The position numbers and the translations under genes are program-made. This document shows positions 50,531-63,638 of a stretch of 64,000 bases of DNA, one piece after another (the first letter of the stretch is position 1; each line of letters starts with the position of its first letter). Below the pieces are notes generated by a model. The model did no database searches and was not told where the DNA came from. It saw nothing but the letters and a program-made list of their open reading frames with translations. Source of the stretch: Octopus bimaculoides (lineage: Eukaryota). The DNA lies in contig NC_068997.1 of assembly GCF_001194135.2 (NCBI RefSeq), positions 39,191,504-39,255,503 of the forward strand, read 5' to 3'.

Positions 50531-52692
50531 CTGTCCGACGAACGGGAATATATATTTACCTAACATCAAGGGAGGCCTCTACAGAGATGACGCCTTGCTA
50601 GTCACCAAGAGCTTAAATAAATCCTGTTTAGAACGAACTAGGAAAGATCTACACAATTTTTTCTCTAGCCTCAATCTGTCTATTACTTTTGAAAATTCCC
50701 ACAAACCACTAATTTTCTAGACGTAACTTTAAACTTAGAAACCTCCCAATACTCCCCATATCACAAACCTAACCAATACCTTAAGTACCTAAACATTAAT
50801 TCCAATCACCACAAATCCACCTTTGATAATACAGTTAAGGGTATCTCAATTCGTATATCTGGCTTCTCATCCACTGAGGAAATATTCGATAACCACGCCC
50901 CATATTACAACCAAGCGCTCGCTGCCAGCGGCTTCTCCCAACATATAATATACATCCCTAATACTAGGTTCAAACAACATATGCCTCAAATCACATCACA
51001 ATGACATGCGAACCACCAGAATTACAACAGACCACACACACACTATACTACAACCCCAGGATAACCCAGATTAAGACAACTTAGACCCCACACGCACACA
51101 TATAACACTAAGTCAAAAGCTAAAATAGCTAACAATAACGGACCATATTACGCCGCTCTTATTTCTAAAAATATAGATAACAGTACCCTTAAGCAACCAA
51201 AAAAGTGGTGGACACTGTATTCTATGGTATACACACACCTTCTCACTAAACGTTAAGAACTTAGCTAAATCTTTTTTTAATATACTGGACAGCAACTTCC
51301 CTCGTCAAGATAAATATTACTCTATTTTTAATAGATCTACCTTAAAGCTATCCTACTCCTCCACTTTGAGTTAACAGCCTCTAATAATAAACGAGAACCT
51401 CCTCTCTATTATCGAGACTTACACTTAACAACTCTGAATACACGAGCGCCCAACATACACATAGCTCCAATATCAAGACCTATACTTTAGTCCACCACGG
51501 AAACCCTACCAATCCCACTAATACTAACCAGAATACTACTACCACAGCTTCCACTACTATTACAGACAGGATAAATAACAACAACAGTAGAAATAGAAAT
51601 CATAACAGTAATAATAATGTTAACAACATAGACCAATCTACCGCCATCTCTAACCTCTCTTCTGACAGTATTACCCTCTCCATTCCTGAGAATAATCCCC
51701 ACAATACACTACCATGCAACTGCCGTCCTGAGACGATCTACCCTCTACAAACCCATTGCAGAAGTTCTAATGTAGTTTATAAATTCACCGTTCTCAATAC
51801 GTTACAAAATTCTACAACCATATATATAGCATCAACTATAACTTTTAAACAAGGATATGCTGCGCATCTCAATTGTTTTAGATACGAGAAACACAGTAAA
51901 TCCACAACACTCGCCAGTCACATACATCATCTCAAAAATAGAAATATTCCCTACATCTTGTCATGGTCCATAATAGATTCAGGGCTTCCATACCAAGGTC
52001 AATGCTCATCCTGTAAGCTATGCCTAAAAGAGGCATTCCACGTATTAAAATACAACTCTATAATACTAAAAAATATATATAAAGAGGCCCTAGGTATATG
52101 CAACCATACCTTCAAGTTTTACCACATGTCTAAATGCAACTTAAATTACCACACAGCATATATCCCGAACACCAGTTAGGTAATCCCGAACAACCCTATT
52201 TGACTTTCCATTAATTTTTAACTCTCCAATTTTATTTTAATTGCTTAATACTACATGTATGGACATGCATATGCGTGCGTATGCAGACGTATGTGCGTAT
52301 TTATACAATAGCAACAACATGAATTTCTTCCATTTTCTAAGTGTGTTAAAATATTTAAGAAACATTGAGTTAATGTATCCTACTTATCAGAAAATTCTAT
52401 ATTTTGTGCAACTGAAGATAGCATTGCATTTAGATTGATGTAATGATTGCATTGTTCAATGAAATGTAGACGCTTGAACGGTCGTCCTGCATTACTACTT
52501 GATATCCTGTTGCTTATTTTGATATAAATATAAAATATACATGAGTAAGTACATAAATGCAAAGCAAGGTGGAAAAAAATACAAGAATACCAGGGTAGAG
52601 TAATATGAATTTTTATCAAAGCTGCAAAAACATCGCAAAGAACTGTGACTCAGAGTTTCGCGTTCCCGTTCGACGGACAGTCGTGATCAAGA
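50531..52692 (+). mobile_element. Penelope-like element: RT C-terminal half, GIY-YIG endonuclease and pLTR-like flanks, degenerate
   Basis: GLYRDD at 50580-50591, FLDVTLNL, PYHKPN, INSNH, IFNRSTLKLSYS, PCNCRP, VVYKF..IYIAST, SWSII and CKLCLKE..GICNH. Confidence 0.9.
52641..52692 (-). ncRNA. Degenerate minimal hammerhead ribozyme in the Penelope flank
   Basis: Minus strand ttgatca-cgactgtccgtcgaacgggaacgc-GAAA-ctctgag-TC. GAAA, the short stem III and the NUC site are intact, but the core has two mismatches to CUGAUGA. Confidence 0.45.
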
Positions 52693-53756
52693 TTGTATAA
52701 TATATGTATATGTATAGATACATTTATGTGTGTGTATGTATCTAATGACATATAGGAGTAAGTACATGTATACATATTTATATGTATAACTGTGTATACA
52801 CATGTATATAAATATATACATATAGATATATATGTACATATAAATTTATATCTACATGCACACGTATATGCATAAGTCTACAGGAGTTATTTATTGAATA
52901 AGTAGCAGACTTGAAACATTTGGCACTTGTTCATTCGAACGTAATGCGGATCTCACCTTTAAACATTACATTTTTGTTTTATTAAGTTCAGTCTCTGGTG
53001 GTCGTTTTGGTACAGAAAGTCATTCAGACTGTAACTTAATGTTATAGCAAAAAAATTCTCTCCTCTCACACTCAACTTGCCGTATAACTGTGAATTTATT
53101 GTTTTCAATCTCTATACCTTCTAAAATCACATTAGGTCTTGGAAATTCATTTTATCTACAATGATACTTCGTTTTACTGGAACGATAAGCTAGCAGAGGA
53201 TCATATATGTCATGTACACAGCTATCATATAGGTCCGTACACATTTCTGTAATACATTATTTACGTAGATTGTTTATAATTAATGCTGTTTGTCGACAAT
53301 ATATTGGCAGAAGCTGTAGAGCGTTTGAGAAAATTCTCTATGGGATTTGATTACATCCGAATTAAAATCTTTCCTGAATCCATTTTCGTGATATTTTCAT
53401 GATCGATAAAATAAGTATTGGATAGATATGAGCCAATATATTAGTTCTCCTTTAGATGCAGCATTAAGAAATAAATTAACAAAAAATAGATTGATTGTTA
53501 AACTCTACGTGTAACGATAAGTTTTCCTGAAATAAATGGTCACACATTCATCAAATGTAAAAGTTATGCTCAGAGCGAACTCATGCTTTGAATCAACGTA
53601 ATGCAAATGTATCTCTAAGTTCTTAGTTCAGGATCAGCTGTACTTTTTATCCCACTTCAGTCAAAAAAGTAAATAAATAAATAAATAAATATATGGGTTC
53701 GATTCTCGAACATATCTCTCTCCGAAGAATTTCTGTTTCTACTGATATCAATATAA

Positions 53757-53968
53757 GGTGGCAAACTAGTAGAAACGTTACAACGCCGGGTAAAATGCTT
53801 AGCGGCTCTTCGTTCGTGTTTACGTTCGAGTTCAAAATTCGCCGAGGTCGATTTTGCCTTTCATCCTTTCGAAGTCGATAAAATAAAAATAATAGTTGAA
53901 CACAGGGGTCAATGTAATCGACTCAGCCCCTCCCGGAAATTGCTGGCCTTGCACCAAAATTTGAAATC
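53757..53968 (+). mobile_element. SINE family A
   Basis: Homologous to the other family A copies. Confidence 0.88.
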
Positions 53969-54821
53969 CCTGTGTCAGAACACTATAAAGAATCATTATA
54001 TGGAAGAAAGGACAATGAAAACGTAGTGTACAGATTCCGTAAAGTTCAAAAAAATGAAATAACTTTGTGACTTCCTCAAAGCAAAACGTACTTTCGTCTC
54101 AGAGGAAGGCCCCTGCTTAGAACATTTGCATTCTCTTTTAATGTGATTGGTAGAGCCATGCAGTAGTTTCAACGGGCTACAGTGTCTCACACATTGTTAA
54201 AATTGATGAAAGTAAAATTAAGGAAAATAATATATTCATACATAATGACAGTCGAAACATTATTCTTTATTTAATCGTTTAAAAAAATCTTTAAAAATGG
54301 TAAGATATTGAAAGCAAGTACTGTTCCTCGTACACTTCATATCGAAATAATATAGAGAGATGTGTGTAAGACAGACAGATAGATAGATAGATTGATAGAC
54401 AGATAGATAAACAAATAAGGAGAGAAAGGGGAAGAGGAATAAAGAGAGAGTGAGCGAGATTAAGAAACTTCTCGCCAATCTGTATGAACCGCTAATTTAT
54501 TGATATGCTTATAGAGAAATTAAAATATTCAAACGGTGAAATATGAATATACATAGTAGTTTTCTACTTCACTTTAAATTATCTGTCATTCTCATACACT
54601 TTTGACGTTAAAAATAAATGATAAATTATGGAAGGGAGAAAAAAAAGAGAATGATAGATGTATTTTTCTCTAGGTGAAATGATTGCATAAACAATAGATG
54701 TTATTGGTTAAACAAAAGAAAAAAGAGCGAAATCTAGTTACATTTCAGCAAATGTTCTTGTCATTGTATTAGGACGATGATACACAACAACTATCATATT
54801 TTACAAGAATTTATCATAATG

Positions 54822-54823
54822 TA

Positions 54824-54910
<87 letters not shown>

Positions 54911-54935
54911 ACACACACACACACATACACACACG
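54822..54935. repeat. (CA)n microsatellite
   Basis: Direct reading. Confidence 0.95.
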
Positions 54936-55370
54936 CACATATATGTATATATCGTTGTGTGCGTGTACATATATACGTGTGTGTGTGTGTATGTGGTTGT
55001 TTGAGAAAGTGTGTTAATGTTTGCAATGATGAGTATGTGCGTGCACGCTTCTACTGTTTGTGTATATATTTGATTGCATATATAGATCTACGCAGATTAA
55101 AGAAAGTGAAAGAGGGAAAGGTGTACAGTGAGACTAAATGAATAATAGAGAGGGCCTAGTAAATGTTAAGAGGGTTAAGTGATAAAGTGATATAAAGATT
55201 ATAAAGGAGATTTTATGAAAAATAGACTCACACACTCACACACACACAATCACACACACACACGCACCCACACACAGACACACGTGTGAATGTATACATG
55301 TATGTATGTATTTATATATGTATGTATGTATGTATGGCATTATTCGGCATTATTTAGTTTTATTGCAAAG

Positions 55371-55463
55371 ATTTCTTGCCTATAGAGAAAGAGCCGGTTT
55401 CTAACCTAGATCCAAGGCTCTTTCATTGGAATTTTAACATCAACAGCAAGGTATTTTTGTATG

Positions 55464-55497
<34 letters not shown>

Positions 55498-56466
55498 TGT
55501 ATATGCAGATTTGTATATTTTGTTTTATGTATGCATTCTCATGCATATAGTTGCATATCTAGACATGCTCATATATATTTAAATGATAAACTTTTGGAAA
55601 ATTTTACAGATTTTTACAGTTCCAGTGATGGATTGGATCTGCATGTGTACACACACACACACATATATATATATANNNNNNNNNNNNNNNNNNNNNNNNN
55701 NNNNNNNNNNNNNNNNNNNNNNNNNNNNNNNNNNNNNNNNNNNNNNNNNNNNNNNNNNNNNNNNNNNNNNNNNNNNNNNNNNNNNNNNNNNNNNNNNNNN
55801 NNNNNNNNNNNNNNNNNNNNNNNNNNNNNNNNNNNNNNNNNNNNNNNNNNNNNNNNNNNNNNNNNNNNNNNNNNNNNNNNNNNNNNNNNNNNNNNNNNNN
55901 NNNNNNNNNNNNNNNNNNNNNNNNNNNNNNNNNNNNNNNNNNNNNNNNNNNNNNNNNNNNNNNNNNNNNNNNNNNNNNNNNNNNNNNNNNNNNNNNNNNN
56001 NNNNNNNNNNNNNNNNNNNNNNNNNNNNNNNNNNNNNNNNNNNNNNNNNNNNNNNNNNNNNNNNNNNNNNNNNNNNNNNNNNNNNNNNNNNNNNNNNNNN
56101 NNNNNNNNNNNNNNNNNNNNNNNNNNNNNNNNNNNNNNNNNNNNNNNNNNNNNNNNNNNNNNNNNNNNNNNNNNNNNNNNNNNNNNNNNNNNNNNNNNNN
56201 NNNNNNNNNNNNNNNNNNNNNNNNNNNNNNNNNNNNNNNNNNNNNNNNNNNNNNNNNNNNNNNNNNNNNNNNNNNNNNNGTTATGAACATTTAAATTTGT
56301 CAACATTGAAACTTTTAAAGATGCTTTTTTAATTCATAATTCTAAATTTTTACCATTGATAAGCAAAAAATATTGTCGAAACTAGTTTGGATATATGTAA
56401 ATCAATATATTTTAAACAATTACAAGTTTTTCAAATTTAGGTGCATTTTCAACAACAAAAATTGGC

Positions 56467-56524
<58 letters not shown>

Positions 56525-56962
56525 GTATATATATGTGTGTGTGTATATATATGTATTATGTATATATCATATATATATATAAATGTATAATATATATAAC
56601 TTATATACGTAATTTATTGTGTATTCAATGTATATATATAATACATATATATATAGTATACACGCACACATACACACACACATATACATATACTTACATG
56701 CATATATATACCCACATGTATGTATGAGAATATATATATATCCTTATTCAGTTTATTTCAATATTTCTTGCCAATAGAGAAAGAATCGGTTTCTATCCTA
56801 TTTCCAAGGCTCCTTCACTGGAATTTCAACATCAACAGCAGAGTATTTTTGTTTGCATGTATGTATGTATGTATGTATGTATGTATGTATGTATGTACAG
56901 ATTTGTATGTTTTATGTATGTATTCTCATGCCTATAGTTGCATATCTAGACATACTCATATA
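55371..56962 (+). repeat. Direct duplication of about 200 bp (55371-55575 and 56763-56962), spacing about 1.39 kb
   Basis: atttcttgcc.atagagaaaga..ccaaggctc..catcaacagca..gatttgtat..gttgcatatctagacat.ctcatata in both copies. Confidence 0.85.
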
Positions 56963-57021
56963 GAAATGAGTTTTGTAGTTACGGTTTCTTCTATAACTAC
57001 AACTAGAAAGAATTTGTTTAC

Positions 57022-57106
57022 CTGTTGAGCTGTTGTCTTCGTTCTGGTCCTGGACTGTGTTGTTGATGTTGTGTCCAGCCGTGCGGTTTGTAGTAACTCT
57101 CTGCAT
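57022..57106 (-). CDS. Candidate first coding exon of an unidentified minus-strand gene (MQRVTTNRTAGHNINNTVQDQNEDNSST)
   Basis: ATG with A at -3, 28 codons plus 1 nt, then a CAG|GTAAAC donor. Three N-X-S/T sequons. No downstream exon could be linked. Confidence 0.25.
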
Positions 57107-57294
57107 GCTAAATTCAAGTTTCAGTCGAAAAATCACCACGATTGCGAATAAAAGACTCCCCCAGTTATTTCTTCTGAAGATTAACCAGTTATTTAACAAG
57201 TCTGATAGCTGTGGCTCCAAAGTTGGAGATAATATTCATCATATTTTCGATAAATAGTCTCCCACGCCAAATACACGACTTGCCGCTTCGAATG

Positions 57295-57468
57295 TATGAT
57301 GTATATATGCATGAATGTATGTATGTATGTATGTATGTAATGTATGCATATATATATGTATGCCTGCATGCATGCATATATGTTTGAATGTATGTATGTA
57401 TGTATGTATGTATGTATGTATGTATGCATGTATGTATGTATGTATGTATGTATGTATGTATGTATGTA
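57295..57468. repeat. (TATG)n microsatellite
   Basis: Direct reading. Confidence 0.95.
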
Positions 57469-57943
57469 TTAAACGAAAGAATTTTAACTTTTCGCCGTTG
57501 TACTTTAAACAAATGTAAATAACTATTGTTACTTTTTACACAGAAAAACAAAATGGAGATTATTATCCTGACATATTTCGTGGTCCGTTGACAACTCATC
57601 AAAGAAAAAGTACTCTATGATTCTTTTGCTGCACCCAGTTGTACCTGTGTTGGTGTTTGTGTTTACATCGTTCTAAACCATGGCTCTTGCTTACCTTCTG
57701 ACCCGTTATGGTCCGTCATATTTCATTATCTAATCGTTTAACAATTAGTACTGGTTTCGAAATGAAACATTTAAAATCCTTTAAAACGATGTCCCAGCAT
57801 GTTTGTTGTTCAATAACGAAAGCCAGTAAAAAGAAGAGAATCTAGTTTATTTAATTGCTTTAAGCAACAGAAAGAAAGCTTTTCATCTGTGATGATGAAT
57901 ATTGCTAATTTACTAACATATTACTTATTTGTTTTCTACTGGT

Positions 57944-58113
57944 GGGGGCAATTGATTGGCAAAAATAACATGGTATCGAACAAGATGCACTTGTTCCGGT
58001 TCTCTACGTTTTGAGTTCAAGTCCTCCGGACAACCTTGCATTTCCTCCCTTCGGGTCGATAAGTTAAGGAGCTAGTCATGGAGTGAGTCAATGTTAGTGA
58101 CTATCCTCCCTCC
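57944..58113 (+). mobile_element. Decayed SINE family A
   Basis: ttgagttcaagtcc..tcccttcgggtcgataagttaagg. Confidence 0.6.
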
Positions 58114-59380
58114 ACTAAAACAATTGATGGTGATGTAATAGATTGATGGTGTCTCTAGAGAAGGAGAAAGAATTTTAGGAAGGACCAATATTTCATTACC
58201 TCATTACGTGGGTTTGTGTGGAGTGGGAGAATTCATATTATTTAATGATTAGAATGGCTCTTTAAGAAACAACTTTGTGCCTCACAAATTCCCCGAAAAC
58301 CGCCGACAAATATTTATAGGAAAAGGGTACTGTTTCTCTTTGCATTAATACTTTTCTCACAAGAACAATCAAGTGACTTGACATCAAAATATATCATCTA
58401 GTTTTAATCCCCTAAAGAATTTAAAATGCATGGACTTCAAAAGCATTTCAATTAAACCAATAACTTACGAATATAAATAAATGTAGAACTTCTGGTTTCT
58501 TTCTGAACTGCATCATATTCACGTAGGTAATGGAGTAAACAAAGAATAGTCGGTGTTAATTCGGAGATGTCGTCTTCGTTAGCTATTATTGGGTGACTCT
58601 CCTAATCTAAACTTTATTCTAAATGAAAATAAGGCTAAATTGATCTTGTTGAGATATAAACACTCAATTATGAGACAACAAATATAATGATATAATGCCT
58701 CAATCATTCTCTTGCGTATATTTACTTCATACGAACATTGATACGATCGAGGCGTACTATTTCTATAGTGTTCATTGCAGAAATAGGAGACCTTGACTTA
58801 CGAGCAATCTATTCTATTTTTGTGAGTGAAAATTGAGTTTCCAGGCATACACATATGCACAATTAAATGTAAATACGGTTGTAAACGATTTCAAATATGT
58901 AACCATACTTTAATGTTTATACTTATTCTTATAGAAACGTAAGTATACACCTATATACACGAAATCATAGGCAAGTTAGAATGTGAGTAAAAGAAAGGAA
59001 GAATTGGCCATTTTCCACCTTATTTAGAGAAGGGAAATAATAACATCAATAATAAGTAGTATCTGGCCAGCTAAACAGATATAAGAATAGTTGGCTGCCA
59101 AATCATAGTTGGCGGTTCCAGATATATCTATGTAACATAATGAGGACAATGTAATATTACTTGGCAAAATCTTAGAGCGCTGTTATCAAAGACAAGTCTC
59201 CATGCCTTCGAGGAAGAGCAATTACCAAGCTAATTGCATTGGCCTGTTTGATCCGAAGTGAAGTGACTCTGGCGCTGATGACACCTAAACACTTATTTCA
59301 ATACTTTGTTTACCTATAAATTTCGCCATTTGCATGACAAAGATAATAGCGATAATAGCAATGTGCAGCAGGACACACAC

Positions 59381-59434
<54 letters not shown>

Positions 59435-61191
59435 ATTTAAGCACAAACACATACAAACACACCAGCACCAGCAACATCACATAATCGCACTAAGTGGCAT
59501 AGAGAAAACTAGAAGAGTAGAAATGTGACGGATAACGTTTTTGTGGTGCATACAAATTATGTTTTAATGGAACCTCAATAACTGCTCACGACACTCACAA
59601 ATTATGTTTTAGAACATTTGATATTTGACACAGGCTAAGGTGATTACAATAACCCCCAAAATTAGTGTCCATTGAGGAAAATGGAATGACATACAAATAA
59701 TAATAATAACAACAGCAACAACAATAACGCTGCCATGATGAAGACGTTGATGATGTTCAAGATGACGAAAATGATGTGGATGATAGCTTCCGACTAATTA
59801 CCTTGTCGTTAACTGGTGATAAAAACAGAAACTGTGTGCCATTATAATGACAGTTAACAAAGAGTGAAACCACTTCACAAAAGAAAAAAAAAGGAACAAA
59901 AAAGAAAAAAAAACGCTCAAAACAAATAAGTCTTGGCTAATTATTGTGGCAGCGAATGCGATACGAATGAAAATAGTAACCATTGATTTGTAATGCTGAC
60001 AAATATTATGATTATTGCTGATGCAAAGATTTGTTGCAATTAGCAGCGGCGAATCATCACTGTTGTTTATCAACAAAGAATGTTGAATATTTCTTGAAGC
60101 AATTTGCTACCGCCCTTTATTTGGTCAAGTCTACGGCGTGAAGAAAATGCTTTTGTATTTTTTTCTTTTATTCTTTTTGTAGATGTTCATAAAATATCAC
60201 TAAATGTTCAATATGATAAAACTTGACCTCTCAAGAAAGATGTCGACATCAAGCTGGGAATGAGAGTGAGGTAAAGAGAGAGTGGAAGAAAGGGACAACA
60301 GACAGTTAAGTGAGAATTCAATGAATTTGCCGACATGTCCGATAAAAGATAAGAAAAAAATGTAAAAAAAGACGGTTATTTTATTTTATTTTTTTGTGTG
60401 TCAAACAAGATTCTACTTGTAGTGGGTCGGGTACGGAAGATTAATGGACTCCGTAAGTCACTGTTATTGTCTAGATATAGTTAATGGATGGCTTTATAAT
60501 TATGGAATATAAAATTCTAAAAACTATGAAGAGTAATTGTAAAAAAAGACTCTCTGCAAGAGTAGAGTCAAATGTTATTAATAATTTTATTGACACTTAG
60601 TGTTCAATAATTTCAATCAATAATTTTATTGACCTTAAATGTTATTAATAATTTTACACACTTTGAATATTCGCCGGTAGTTGGCGTCGTCTGACAGCAC
60701 CAAGTAATTTCCTTATATCGTTTATATAGCCGGGTCTTTCAATGTGTCGATAGGAGTGGTGCAATGTAGTAAGAATAAGTTGCAGTATTTAAAAATAGAA
60801 GTTTGGGGTTCGGTAAGCAAAATGAAAAATGGCTTTAGTATGAAAAAAATGTACAACGTTAAAGAAGAGATGGACAAGGAGAAGAAAAGGAATGAAGAAA
60901 ATAGAAGAAAAGATGAAGAAAAAGATGAAGATGCAGAAGTGAGTGAAGAGAATTAAGTTTGTGAACGCGTTCGGGAAGTAATTCAATATCTTTTCTTTAC
61001 TAGGGAAGTTAGTAAGAGAAGCTAAAAAAATAAAAAAAAATAGAATGGTCAAAGACTAAACTCATTTTAGCTGAGTGTAATGGAGCTTCCAAATTTTAGA
61101 TGGAATTGAGATTTGGTTCAAGGAGTGGAGGAAGACTTGTTAGTCAGTTTTTAATAACTCTATTTTCTATAGGCACAATGCAAGTCATTTT

Positions 61192-61309
61192 GGTGGGAGC
61201 GACCCCAGTGCTCAACTGGTATTTATTTTATCGATCTCGCTAGGATGAGGAGCAAAGTCGACCTCGGTGGCATTTGAACTCAGAACGAAATGTCTGTTAG
61301 CTTGCCTCC
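61192..61309 (-). mobile_element. SINE family A (partial)
   Basis: ccagtgctcaactggtatttattttatcga..gcaaagtcgacctcgg..tttgaactcagaacg. Confidence 0.8.
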
Positions 61310-63011
61310 TTAAGATCAGTTCTTAATGAAAAATATGAATGGGAAAGGAAAAAAGTTATATTTGAAGATACAGAAAAAAAAAGGTAACGACACACACGGT
61401 CGTGTGCGCGCAAGCACGCACTATTGATTAGATGACCAGCATAGAGCTAAGAAGCGAATTCCGAGTCACAGAATTGAAAGTAAGATTTATAAAGTAGAAA
61501 AGACATTTACATTATTTTTTTCAGTCGTGTTTGTTTGTTTGTTTGTTTGTCTGTGTATCGCAAGAACCGCTGGATGGATTCGGAGGAAACTTTCAGTGAT
61601 GCTTGGCCTCGTGACTGGCACAAAGTAATTAGATTTTGGGATCGATCCGGTACCAGACAAATATACTGGATTATTTTTCCGGTTTTTTAACTTAAGTTTT
61701 GAGAGCGGTCGGGCTCATTTTTAGTATTCTCGTTCGTGAGAGCAGTCGTGTTTATTTCANNNNNNNNNNNNNNNNNNNNNNNNNNNNNNNNNNNNNNNNN
61801 NNNNNNNNNNNNNNNNNNNNNNNNNNNNNNNNNNNNNNNNNNNNNNNNNNNNNNNNNNNNNNNNNNNNNNNNNNNNNNNNNNNNNNNNNNNNNNNNNNNN
61901 NNNNNNNNNNNNNNNNNNNNNNNNNNNNNNNNNNNNNNNNNNNNNNNNNNNNNNNNNNNNNNNNNNNNNNNNNNNNNNNNNNNNNNNNNNNNNNNNNNNN
62001 NNNNNNNNNNNNNNNNNNNNNNNNNNNNNNNNNNNNNNNNNNNNNNNNNNNNNNNNNNNNNNNNNNNNNNNNNNNNNNNNNNNNNNNNNNNNNNNNNNNN
62101 NNNNNNNNNNNNNNNNNNNNNNNNNNNNNNNNNNNNNNNNNNNNNNNNNNNNNNNNNNNNNNNNNNNNNNNNNNNNNNNNNNNNNNNNNNNNNNNNNNNN
62201 NNNNNNNNNNNNNNNNNNNNNNNNNNNNNNNNNNNNNNNNNNNNNNNNNNNNNNNNNNNNNNNNNNNNNNNNNNNNNNNNNNNNNNNNNNNNNNNNNNNN
62301 NNNNNNNNNNNNNNNNNNNNNNNNNNNNNNNNNNNNNNNNNNNNNNNNNNNNNNNNNNNNNNNNNNNNNNNNNNNNNNNNNNNNNNNNNNNNNNNNNNNN
62401 NNNNNNNNNNNNNNNNNNNNNNNNNNNNNNNNNNNNNNNNNNNNNNNNNNNNNNNNNNNNNNNNNNNNNNNNNNNNNNNNNNNNNNNNNNNNNNNNNNNN
62501 NNNNNNNNNNNNNNNNNNNNNNNNNNNNNNNNNNNNNNNNNNNNNNNNNNNNGGAAAAGTAGATATAAGATTGCCAAGATTTTATCTCTCTCATCAAAGA
62601 TCAGTGGCTATCGAACGCCGACGAAGGGAAATAACCCTGAAACCCGGGTCCGTTCGTGCTACAGATCATGATGGGAGGGATAACTTCCTTTGGCAAACAG
62701 GACACAGTAGTGTGTCGATAAGCCAGCTGGAGGAGATGTCCTGCTGGGGCTAAAAGCAGCAGTAACATCCACCCCTAGGGGTCAGCCACACTTAAGTGAC
62801 AATATACTACACTTTATATGTATCTAAGTTAATATTTAAGTGCTGGGTATGTCCCTAGTAGTACGATAGAGCATGTTCACTGTCCATGGCTACCTGGCAT
62901 CAGCCACGGTAATTACATAATTGTCGCTGGATCTACCCCAGGAATTCCTCAGTGTACCTTTAGTATAAAACAAATGATAGAGACGGAAAATAGAATACAC
63001 GAGAAATTTTA

Positions 63012-63125
63012 TTACTCACAACGATCGTTTCGACACATCCTGCATCGATCCCTCACGGATGGGACACTATACAGTGCATCCCTTAGTGCATCCCTCAGTG
63101 GAGAGCATCTCGTCGGGTGATGTAA
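63012..63125 (-). ncRNA. Type I hammerhead ribozyme candidate (near intact, U4C core variant)
   Basis: Minus strand: stem I ttac(a)tcac/gtgagtaa, core CCGACGA, stem II GAUGC/GUGUC closing a long insert, GAAA, palindromic stem III CGAUCG, and a GUU cleavage triplet. Confidence 0.6.
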
Positions 63126-63508
63126 TTAAATGAACACTGTTTCGCTCGGATTTAATACAGCATGTTGTTAGCATCCGTAGGTTTAAGCCGGCTTGAGTTG
63201 AATTTAAAGCCATAAGCATCAAACTGCTTCTGTAGGTGCATTTTCCAGTTACATTTTTCCTACTGATCTGCACTACTATAGTGTTAACAAGATTTGATCC
63301 AGTCATTTTGAATCACTTTTCAGAATGTATAGTTCAGTCATCCATACATTGTCTTTAACGTTGCGTCTTATGAATTCATTAGATGGATATAAGCAAAAAT
63401 CTATGCTGTGTATATATCAAAGGTATGTTATGAACTTTCATAAATTTGTACAAGAAAAATACGCTAGGGTTCATAAATACGAAGCTCGGTATATATATAA
63501 AATGCATA

Positions 63509-63555
<47 letters not shown>

Positions 63556-63638
63556 CGTTTTTGAATATATATATATACATACATGTGTATCGTTGGCGAT
63601 TTTCTTCCTCTATCTCCCCTTCTTTTCGACTTTCCTCT

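Noticed and set aside
48880-52150. Selenocysteine-recoded Penelope (Naiad-type selenoprotein)
   Set aside because: The conserved zinc-finger Cys positions I could read are TGC/TGT or point-mutated to TTC/TAC. None is an in-frame TGA.
52412-52470. CTGAAGA...GAAA hammerhead on the plus strand
   Set aside because: Stem II does not close next to the core, and no valid stem III or NUH site follows.
59798-61052. ORFs 59798-60076, 60744-60956 and 60789-61052
   Set aside because: Compositional artefacts of A-rich or purine-rich low-complexity sequence, with no domain signal.
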